52,720 bases of DNA from an uncultured Eubacteriales bacterium (GTDB lineage: Bacteria > Bacillota > Clostridia > Oscillospirales > Acutalibacteraceae), in contig CAKVBG010000001.1 of assembly GCA_934725345.1 (NCBI GenBank), positions 1 through 52,720 on the forward strand, written 5' to 3'. The position numbers and the translations under genes are program-made. Positions 22,564-29,493 of the stretch are shown here, piece by piece (positions within the stretch are counted from its first letter, which is position 1; the number at the start of each line of letters is the position of its first letter). A model generated the notes under the pieces. It searched no databases. It had not been told where the DNA came from and saw only the letters and a program-made list of their open reading frames with translations.

Positions 22564-22605
22564 CACTTTTATACAAAATATTTTAAAAAAATTTTATAAC
22601 ATAAA

Positions 22606-22651
22606 ATAAGCTATATACTACTATAACTTAATATAATAATATATAGCTTAT
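22606..22651 (-). terminator. AU-rich 12-bp hairpin closing the orphan cassette
   Basis: Perfect inverted repeat 22606-22617 / 22640-22651 (ataagctatata) with a 22-nt loop, followed on the minus strand by AUUUUAUGUUAUAAAAUUUUUUU. Confidence 0.45.
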
Positions 22652-22656
22652 AAATA

Positions 22657-23406
22657 CTACTTATTCTTTTTATGTTCTTTCATTTGTTTTACTTCTTTGT
22701 TTGTGTATTCTTCATTGTATTTCTTTTTGTATTTCTCATGGTATTTATCTTGCATATTGTGTATGCTTACTGCATTGTAACCTGTTCCGTTAAGCTGTTC
22801 ATGCATCCTGTTTATCTTTTTAAGCTCTTTTGTTACATCTTCTACAAGTGTACTTATATATTCTGCATCAGCAACTAAACCAACGTTTATACACTTCTGC
22901 CACATTTCTTCATAAAGTTCTTTTGTTTCTTCTTCCCATTCTTTGTATTGTTCTATTGCACTTTTTACAAATTTAGGTAGAACATTATCATTTACATCTT
23001 CTGTTGTGTATTTACTCCATTCCCTTGGAATAAACTGTATCACTTCTACTTGGTGCACTGGAATAAGCTTTTTATGAATATTTATATACTTGTGATGTAA
23101 CTTTCTTCCCTCTGCTACTTCGCACATATATTGATATTCTAATTTGCGTTTGAACCCTTGTAAACCGAGGAAACAAAAATAATCTGCAAGCTGTTCATGG
23201 AAGCATAATGCTTTTTTCATGTGTTCATCAAGCTCTAAATATATTTGTTCCGCACTTTGTTCTTTTTCACGTTTATTTATGTTCATTCCTGTGTATGTCC
23301 TTTGTATATTTTGTGCTTCATTCTTTCTACTCCATGGCTGTTCCTCTTGTACATTTGTTTGTGTTACTGTATCCTCACCATATTTTACACCATTTCTTTC
23401 ATACAT
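22657..23406 (-). CDS. cassette ORF5: hypothetical all-alpha protein (249 aa)
   Basis: ATG at 23406, 8 nt after AGGAGG (the track start at 23415 is GTG). Basic N-terminus, then long predicted helices (FHEQLADYFCFLGLQGFKRKLEYQYMCEVAEGRKLHH...). Confidence 0.6.
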   Translation of the reverse strand: MYERNGVKYGEDTVTQTNVQEEQPWSRKNEAQNIQRTYTGMNINKREKEQSAEQIYLELDEHMKKALCFHEQLADYFCFLGLQGFKRKLEYQYMCEVAEGRKLHHKYINIHKKLIPVHQVEVIQFIPREWSKYTTEDVNDNVLPKFVKSAIEQYKEWEEETKELYEEMWQKCINVGLVADAEYISTLVEDVTKELKKINRMHEQLNGTGYNAVSIHNMQDKYHEKYKKKYNEEYTNKEVKQMKEHKKNK

Positions 23407-23418
23407 TTCTAACACCTC

Positions 23419-23799
23419 CTAGGCTGGTATTGTTGGAAAGTTAAATCCTGTTTTACATAATTCACACGGATTTACTATAAATGCATTTGTATCTGTTGCT
23501 ACGTTTGTGTGGTATACCCTTCTGCTTCGTAACTGGTCTGCATGAACATTGTTACCGCATTTTGTTCTAAGGATATATTGTGCTGTTCCCGTACCAAAAG
23601 TTATCGCTACTGTGTCTACACTTGTTACGTCCGGAATACTTTGTGCAATACAGATACATACCTTTTCTTTGTTACTATATGTTGCTTGTGGAATATTTAA
23701 AACAAGAACATTGTCTGTTAATGTTACACTATTTGTTTTTACAAAATGTGTACAACCGCCACAGCCATATCCACCATTATTATATAAATTACATGGCAT
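23419..23799 (-). CDS. cassette ORF4: hypothetical Cys-rich protein (126 aa, 8 Cys)
   Basis: ATG at 23799 with a GAAAGGTAGG SD. N-terminus MPCNLYNNGGYGCGGC, then VCICIA and PCELC. Confidence 0.6.
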   Translation of the reverse strand: MPCNLYNNGGYGCGGCTHFVKTNSVTLTDNVLVLNIPQATYSNKEKVCICIAQSIPDVTSVDTVAITFGTGTAQYILRTKCGNNVHADQLRSRRVYHTNVATDTNAFIVNPCELCKTGFNFPTIPA

Positions 23800-23831
23800 A
23801 TTTATTACCTACCTTTCTAAACGTTCTAATT

Positions 23832-23861
23832 AAACGAATAAGGGCGACTATAAGCCGCCCC
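23832..23861 (-). terminator. internal attenuator/terminator between cassette ORF3 and ORF4
   Basis: Minus RNA: GGGCGGC-uuaua-GUCGCCC (7 bp, one G-U) followed by UUAUUCGUUU. Sequence-similar to the terminator at 10044-10072. Confidence 0.55.
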
Positions 23862-23926
23862 TACAAATTCATCACGCATAAGCGGAAAATCTCTTAAATC
23901 TTAAAATACAAGCTTCTACACGTATC

Positions 23927-24619
23927 CTAGCATCCACAGCCATTTGCATAAGCTGTACCACACCGAGAATACATTTGTGCGCTTTCATATGGACTGCAAG
24001 TCTGATATGCCGGAATTGGTGTAGGTCTAAGAGTTGCAATCAGTGTTGCGTTCTGTGCCTGCTGACTTAACTGGAAGTTTGCAGTCTGTAACTGGTCGCG
24101 CAAACTCTGAATTTCATTCTGTGTCATTAACGCTCTTGTAGCATCTCCATCTGCTTTGATTGCATTTACAATATCACAAGTATTTCTTGCATTTTCATAT
24201 CTTACTGCATCAATGCTTCTTTGTGTTGTACAGCAACAATCAGAAAGTTGTGTTGCAAGTGCATTTGTATTCTGCATACCTGCTACTGCTACATTGTTAA
24301 TAGCTTGCTGTGTTCCATTGAACCCATTGAGTAATGATGTATTTACTGCATAGAATCCATCACATAAACCACTTTCCAAACCATTCAGTTTATTCATTAC
24401 TGCTTGGTTGTCGAAACCTCTCTGAACTGTGCTATCTGTATATGCGCTTGCTGTACTGTTCATTCCATTACCTCCCCAGTTGCCAAAGTTTCCACCCCAT
24501 GCAAGAAGAAAGAAAAGGAAGAAAATCCAACTGCCGTTCCCATCTCCAAACATACCATCATTGTCTCTTCCTAGTGCTAATGCATCTGCTACACTAAGTC
24601 CATTTCCATCCATACTCAT
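23927..24619 (-). CDS. cassette ORF3: Gly/Asn/Trp-rich single-pass membrane protein with 9 Cys (230 aa)
   Basis: ATG at 24619 with an AAGGAGG SD. Contains GDGNGSWIFFLFFLLAWGGNFGNWGGNG, DCCCTT, a coiled-coil-like QNEIQSLRDQLQTANFQLSQQ and the C-terminus NGCGC. Confidence 0.65.
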   Translation of the reverse strand: MSMDGNGLSVADALALGRDNDGMFGDGNGSWIFFLFFLLAWGGNFGNWGGNGMNSTASAYTDSTVQRGFDNQAVMNKLNGLESGLCDGFYAVNTSLLNGFNGTQQAINNVAVAGMQNTNALATQLSDCCCTTQRSIDAVRYENARNTCDIVNAIKADGDATRALMTQNEIQSLRDQLQTANFQLSQQAQNATLIATLRPTPIPAYQTCSPYESAQMYSRCGTAYANGCGC

Positions 24620-24667
24620 AACAAGTACCTCCTTAATTATTATTTATATAAACCTTGTGGTTTATAC

Positions 24668-24844
24668 CTACTTAACACCAAACATTTTCTTAAATTGCTG
24701 AAATTGCTTTAACGCCTGTTGCATATCAATTCCACGCTGTCTACACAAATTTTCTGCTGTTTGTTCTAATTGCTGTTCATTCTTTCCTTGTGCCATTTGT
24801 TGCGCTCTCTGAAATAATGGATTGCTATTAAAGTTTTTGTTCAT
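24668..24844 (-). CDS. cassette ORF2: Q-rich helical small protein (58 aa)
   Basis: Below the track cutoff. ATG at 24844 with an AAGGAG SD, overlapping the ORF1 end. Translation: MNKNFNSNPLFQRAQQMAQGKNEQQLEQTAENLCRQRGIDMQQALKQFQQFKKMFGVK. Confidence 0.5.
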   Translation of the reverse strand: MNKNFNSNPLFQRAQQMAQGKNEQQLEQTAENLCRQRGIDMQQALKQFQQFKKMFGVK

Positions 24845-25268
24845 CTTCCTTCACTCCTTTTAATTCAAGAATTTGATTTTTTAATATTTCTATAGCCTGT
24901 TCAAAATCACTTTGCAGAACATAGTCTGCATTTTGTTTTTGTTCTTTTATGTTTTGTTCTTGTAATGTATATACCTTTAATTCTGCACTACCATCTAGCA
25001 TTATTTGTTTTGTGTATATCCTTTTATTTGCAATATCTGTAAATACAAACATACTACCATCTAGGTCTATCATTGCCGCTTTCGCTTCATCATAACTTGA
25101 TACTGGTCTACCTTTTAACATTTGTATGTTTTGCTGTTGCTGATTTTGCATCATGTTCTGGTTATACATATTGTTATATTGTCCTTGTAACTGTTCCATT
25201 CTATTTTGTGTTAATTGCTGTTGGTATGGACTCATTCCAACCCCATATGGCGTATAACTGTACATCAT
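24828..25268 (-). CDS. cassette ORF1: protein with an N-terminal Q/N/M-rich low-complexity region (146 aa)
   Basis: ATG at 25268 after AAGGAG (the track start at 25274 is GTG). Contains YQQQLTQNRMEQLQGQYNNMYNQNMMQNQQQQNIQ, then a globular part and a C-terminal coiled coil. Confidence 0.65.
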   Translation of the reverse strand: MMYSYTPYGVGMSPYQQQLTQNRMEQLQGQYNNMYNQNMMQNQQQQNIQMLKGRPVSSYDEAKAAMIDLDGSMFVFTDIANKRIYTKQIMLDGSAELKVYTLQEQNIKEQKQNADYVLQSDFEQAIEILKNQILELKGVKEDEQKL

Positions 25269-25288
25269 CTTCACTCCTTTCTGTTATG

Positions 25289-25318
25289 ATTATATTGTAT
25301 CACACATATATTATGCAA
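25289..25318 (-). promoter_or_regulatory. sigma-A/sigma-70-type promoter of the orphan cassette
   Basis: TTGCAT(25318-25313)-N18-TATAAT(25294-25289). Confidence 0.65.
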
Positions 25319-25355
25319 TGTTCCTACAAAGTGCCTACTTAGTTACTTTTTAGTG

Positions 25356-25385
25356 TAATAAAAAAGGAAGGTCAAATGACCTTCC
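25356..25385 (-). terminator. strong intrinsic terminator ending the head-tail operon
   Basis: Minus RNA: GGAAGGUCA-uu-UGACCUUCC (9 bp) followed by UUUUUUAUU. Abuts the stop of CDS 25385-25618. Confidence 0.85.
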
Positions 25386-25618
25386 TAAAACGCTTTTCCA
25401 ATCTTCATTAGAATTTTCCTATGTTTCTTTTTGATTGTTGTTTCCGACATTCCTAATGTATCGGCAATATATAGCAAGCTCTTTTCTTCTTTGTAATGCA
25501 TCCATAGAATTTGCTTTTCTTCTTCTGATAACATAGTTTGTTCTAACAGATTTTCAAAATCTTTTACGCTTGTTATTTCTCTTAATTTCTTTCTTGTTTC
25601 ACTGTTTGCTTTATCCAT
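25385..25618 (-). CDS. sigma-70 region-4-like HTH protein (77 aa)
   Basis: ATG at 25618 (ATGGATAA overlap with the upstream stop). LSEEEKQILWMHYKEEKSLLYIADTLGMSETTIKKKHRKILMKI follows the sigma region 4.2 / LuxR-type HTH pattern. Too short to contain region 2. Confidence 0.6.
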   Translation of the reverse strand: MDKANSETRKKLREITSVKDFENLLEQTMLSEEEKQILWMHYKEEKSLLYIADTLGMSETTIKKKHRKILMKIGKAF

Positions 25619-25751
25619 TTTTCCCACGCCCCATGTATTTACCGCAAACTGGACAACGTTTTGTACCACCTTTTGCTTTGCCCGATTTAGAAACTTTTGT
25701 TCTTGTTACCCTTGTTGACTTTGTAACGTGTATGCTTGCTTTAGATGACAT
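25611..25751 (-). CDS. very basic small protein with a single CxxC (46 aa)
   Basis: Below the track cutoff. ATG at 25751 with a GGTGGTGAG SD. Translation: MSSKASIHVTKSTRVTRTKVSKSGKAKGGTKRCPVCGKYMGRGKNG. Confidence 0.5.
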   Translation of the reverse strand: MSSKASIHVTKSTRVTRTKVSKSGKAKGGTKRCPVCGKYMGRGKNG

Positions 25752-25894
25752 TATTTATTCTCACCACCTTCATTGTGAGTTGCATTATCATTATACTGAT
25801 TTCCGTTTACATCATTATATTCAGCATTTGCATTATCACCTTTTGTATCTATATCTACATCTTTAGTAGTGTCATATGTTTCCACATAATCAAA

Positions 25895-26047
25895 TTAACT
25901 TTCATAATAAACAAACCCTGCATAAAATATAACTGCTTCTAAAAACATTATGATAATCAATAATACAATGATTTTATCTTTCTTTCTGTTCGATTTTGTG
26001 TACTCCCTTTGTACATCAATCAAGATTCTTTCTGTTTCGTTTTCCAT
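25895..26047 (-). CDS. small membrane-anchored protein (50 aa) ending at an in-frame TAA followed by 47 more open codons
   Basis: ATG at 26047 with an AGAGGAA SD. MENETERILIDVQREYTKSNRKKDKIIVLLIIIMFLEAVIFYAGFVYYES, then TAA (25895-25897). The same frame stays open to 25752. Confidence 0.5.
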   Translation of the reverse strand: MENETERILIDVQREYTKSNRKKDKIIVLLIIIMFLEAVIFYAGFVYYES

Positions 26048-26067
26048 CGCTATTCCTCTTTAAGTTA

Positions 26068-26991
26068 TTATTTATTTTTTTCAAGAACAACTTTCCATTT
26101 ATATGTTCCAATAAATGATGATGTATCTGTTTCTGCTCTTACGCTTATCTCACTGTCTAATGTTGCACCAACTACAATATCATATGCTTTTAACGCTCCA
26201 CAGTACCATGTTCCGATTCTCCCAACTCCATTTCCAGAAATCTTTGAAACACCAACTGATTTAATATAACAATTTGTCTTATCAAATCCCGAAGGATATT
26301 TAAAACCATACGCCATATATAAACCACCAGATTCCGTTGTCGTATTTGTTACAACTGCTGTTTTATTTTCTACGTCTGTTTTTAAATCATCTATTTGCTT
26401 CTGTAAACTTCCTGCAACGTCAGATGTAAGCTTGTTCTTAATATCTGAAAACCAGTCATCAAACTGTCCTTTTAACTGGTTAAACATTCCTTCTGCATCT
26501 AATTGGTCTATCATTCCTGTCACAAAACCGCATAGCTCTGTATTTGTTCTTGTATCTTCTATACGACTTGATGTTATTGTTGATGCACCAACTTCGACTG
26601 TTATTCTTGCAACAACCAAATCATATACAGAACCGCTTCGTTCTGGCTGTCCTGATGGAACATTTTCTCTTTTTCTTGCATATATTTTTCTATTTGCTTT
26701 GTCTAATGTAATAGTTATTAAATCTATGATTGATGAGCTTGTTGTATTTGCACTTAATGTCATATCCATATCTTCTGTTAATTCATACCAATACCCATTT
26801 ATAAATGCGCTTCCTGCTTTTAATGTCACTATCAATCCACTTTTAGGAACTACATTTAAGCCACTTCCTTTGTACACTCCATTTCCGATAAACTTTGAAA
26901 AGAATGTGGCAAAACTTGAAGCATCATATGACCTGTCATACGTTTCATCGGCTTGCTTTATTCCATTAAAAAATCCATAATTTTCTGCCAT
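26068..26991 (-). CDS. tail fibre / baseplate upper protein-like structural protein (307 aa)
   Basis: Last large gene of the tail operon; AGGAGG SD. The N-terminus FFSKFIGNGVYKGSGLNVVP...GSAFINGYWYEL...DLVVARITV resembles the conserved N-terminal domain of siphovirus fibres. Confidence 0.5.
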   Translation of the reverse strand: MAENYGFFNGIKQADETYDRSYDASSFATFFSKFIGNGVYKGSGLNVVPKSGLIVTLKAGSAFINGYWYELTEDMDMTLSANTTSSSIIDLITITLDKANRKIYARKRENVPSGQPERSGSVYDLVVARITVEVGASTITSSRIEDTRTNTELCGFVTGMIDQLDAEGMFNQLKGQFDDWFSDIKNKLTSDVAGSLQKQIDDLKTDVENKTAVVTNTTTESGGLYMAYGFKYPSGFDKTNCYIKSVGVSKISGNGVGRIGTWYCGALKAYDIVVGATLDSEISVRAETDTSSFIGTYKWKVVLEKNK

Positions 26992-27002
26992 TTATATCCC
27001 TC

Positions 27003-28517
27003 CTAATTTGTTAGCAAATCTTCTGTTGGTATATAAAATGCTATAAAATTTATTCTTATACTTCCATTTTCTAGCACTCTATCAAATGTCGCAAAACAAT
27101 TGTCACCTTCCCATGATGCACCCGTTATATGTACACCAGAAGCTTGTGCGTCACCATTCATTATTAGAACAACATAATTATGTGTGCTGTCTGCTGTTAT
27201 TCCAAATTTACTGTCGATGTCTTGTTTTGTAAACATCTTTACCGAGTCATTGTTTATTCCGTGAAATGTATAAGAACCTTGCTTAGACATCTTTTCTCTT
27301 GTTTTTTCTTTGTTATCAAGAACTCTTATAGATATTTCTGCATTTTCTATACGCTTAATTGCTATATCTGTTTTATTTTGTATGTTTTTCTTGTATGTTC
27401 CATATTCTATTTCGATATCAATGATTTTCAATGAATCTTGTTCTGATACAGTAACACCTATAATTTGTGCATCCATTATTATATTAAATTCTGTATCTTT
27501 TACAGTAACCCAATCACCGACATTGTAATCTTTCCTAAATTCATATTTTTCACTTCTCACTGTTGCGCTATATGTTTCAGTTACATTATTTTCTAATGCT
27601 TTTTCATTTGCTCGTTTCTTGACTTCTATGTCATATTGTTCTTGTGTGAGGTTACTTCCATTTACACTATCACTTTGTATATCTCTTGCATCTATCCATA
27701 ACTCTGAACGATTTAAACCACTATTACTGATTGAATCACTTTCATTTATATCAATTTCATACCATTTTCTTTTTGTTCCCTCTCCCTCACCTGCAACATA
27801 AGCAACATTTTTCATTTGTTCCACATCACGTTCATATGATGTTCTATTTATATTGCTAAGTTGCTGTGAAAAAATTACAACACTATTATTTTCTGCATTT
27901 TGTATTCTTCTGTCTATGCCACTTTTTATAAATACATTCCAAAGTTTTACATTTGTTTTATTGCCATTGTTATCTTCACGTGGTTCGCCTATGCTTGGAT
28001 ATACTGATACACCTAACTTATCACTTTCAAGACATTCTTGTATTTCATCCCACAAATAACCACCAGTAACTTGTGTATCTATTTGTGTCAACTTTGTGTT
28101 TTGCGATATTTTATTTACAATATTCATTTTTAAATAACGTTTACTATTTACATTACTTGTATCAAAACATTCTTCTATAAGTGTTTTAATATATTCTGCT
28201 GTTGTTCCTTTAAAAGTTATTGTTTTATTTATAACTCTCTGTGTAAGTATGAATGGCGCTAAACGTCCAGTTATTGTTATCGTTTTATCATATTCACTAT
28301 CGCTATCCTTTTGTATTTTATCTACCTTGCCTATTGTATATAAATCAAACATAATGTAATATTGTTCTGTTTTGTCAAATAGATAAAAATTGCTTTCTGT
28401 TAATTTTGCTATTACCTTAAACGTTCCTATTTCTCTAAAACGTTCCTCATACTGTGAAAATGTATATTCTCTAATTTGATTAACAAAATTAAAGTTGCTA
28501 TTTAATACTCTTAACAT
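27003..28517 (-). CDS. tail-associated (Tal-like) baseplate hub protein (504 aa)
   Basis: Position immediately after the Dit-like gene in the TMP-Dit-Tal order; appropriate size; GAGAGG SD. Confidence 0.5.
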   Translation of the reverse strand: MLRVLNSNFNFVNQIREYTFSQYEERFREIGTFKVIAKLTESNFYLFDKTEQYYIMFDLYTIGKVDKIQKDSDSEYDKTITITGRLAPFILTQRVINKTITFKGTTAEYIKTLIEECFDTSNVNSKRYLKMNIVNKISQNTKLTQIDTQVTGGYLWDEIQECLESDKLGVSVYPSIGEPREDNNGNKTNVKLWNVFIKSGIDRRIQNAENNSVVIFSQQLSNINRTSYERDVEQMKNVAYVAGEGEGTKRKWYEIDINESDSISNSGLNRSELWIDARDIQSDSVNGSNLTQEQYDIEVKKRANEKALENNVTETYSATVRSEKYEFRKDYNVGDWVTVKDTEFNIIMDAQIIGVTVSEQDSLKIIDIEIEYGTYKKNIQNKTDIAIKRIENAEISIRVLDNKEKTREKMSKQGSYTFHGINNDSVKMFTKQDIDSKFGITADSTHNYVVLIMNGDAQASGVHITGASWEGDNCFATFDRVLENGSIRINFIAFYIPTEDLLTN

Positions 28518-28518
28518 A

Positions 28519-29478
28519 TTACATACCTCTCACATTAAAAAATCTTTCTGTATACTCTACAAATACTTCTACATTGTTTTTGCTCTGTTCATCTACTTCA
28601 TAAGAATAATAACTTTGTCCTCTTAACACTTTAAACAATGTACTTTCTAATGAAAGTAAACCTATTATGGATTCTTCCTCTCCTGTTCCAGAATGATGTA
28701 ATATTATGTCTTCTTCTCCTGTTTCTGTATTTATAATTATACTATCACCATCTAAAATTGTCAACCCATAAAAAGATATTTTTTCATTTGTTTGTATATT
28801 GTAAATAGCAGGATTTATCACATCACCGCCAACTGCTTTAATTGTTATTTTTGCACCAACTTCTATGTCTCCAGTATTTTCCATAGGTACGCTTGTTCTT
28901 TTTGCTATATCACCGAATACAACATATTCATCTGTTTTATCTTCTGTTAATACTAACGGAAATGTTAATTTTGCATCTGTATGCGCAAATTGTACCATTT
29001 TTGTTTCTTTCGCAAATAAAGGATTATAACATTCAAATTCTAATGTAAATAAACAATATACTTCACTGTTTTCACTTTCTTCTGTACTATATTTTGGCGG
29101 CTGTGTTGGTCTTGCTTTTAAGGTATATTCTCCTGCTTTTATGATAACATCTTGATATATCGATATAATTCTATCCAGTTCAATTTTGTTATCATTTATT
29201 TGTTCTTTTTGTTCAGATAAATATTCTTCCCACGTATTTCCTACTGGATTCATACCTTTTGTATCTGCTATAACATATCCAACTATAGAAAGTTTCCGTG
29301 TTCCTACTGTAATTCCTTCTAATGTTTTCCCTATTTGAAATGGAACTCTATAAGTTTCCTGTTCCACTGTAGGAGAATCCCAATCAATAGAATTTAATAC
29401 ATATTTTCCATTTCCGCTTTTATTAAGTTCTAATTCTTTTCCGGTAATTGTATTTAATATAACAATGGAATCTATCAC
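28519..29478 (-). CDS. distal tail protein (Dit)-like (319 aa, GTG start)
   Basis: Directly downstream of the tape measure gene. GTG at 29478 follows a GAAGGTGG SD. Confidence 0.5.
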   Translation of the reverse strand: MIDSIVILNTITGKELELNKSGNGKYVLNSIDWDSPTVEQETYRVPFQIGKTLEGITVGTRKLSIVGYVIADTKGMNPVGNTWEEYLSEQKEQINDNKIELDRIISIYQDVIIKAGEYTLKARPTQPPKYSTEESENSEVYCLFTLEFECYNPLFAKETKMVQFAHTDAKLTFPLVLTEDKTDEYVVFGDIAKRTSVPMENTGDIEVGAKITIKAVGGDVINPAIYNIQTNEKISFYGLTILDGDSIIINTETGEEDIILHHSGTGEEESIIGLLSLESTLFKVLRGQSYYSYEVDEQSKNNVEVFVEYTERFFNVRGM

Positions 29479-29493
29479 AATACCACCTTCTTT

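Noticed and set aside
22563-22606. AT-rich near-palindrome (aaaatattttaaaaaaattttat) between the cassette and the first early promoter, considered as a replication origin or DNA-unwinding element
   Set aside because: It is a single short AT tract without flanking repeats or initiator-binding motifs. It is equally well explained as the terminator U-tract plus a promoter UP element.
22657-23406. Calling cassette ORF5 a ferritin/Dps-like protein
   Set aside because: The helix spacing loosely resembles ferritin (…GLQGFKRKLEYQYMCEVAEGRKLHH…). However, I could not find the paired ExxH di-iron motifs, so the resemblance is too weak to annotate.
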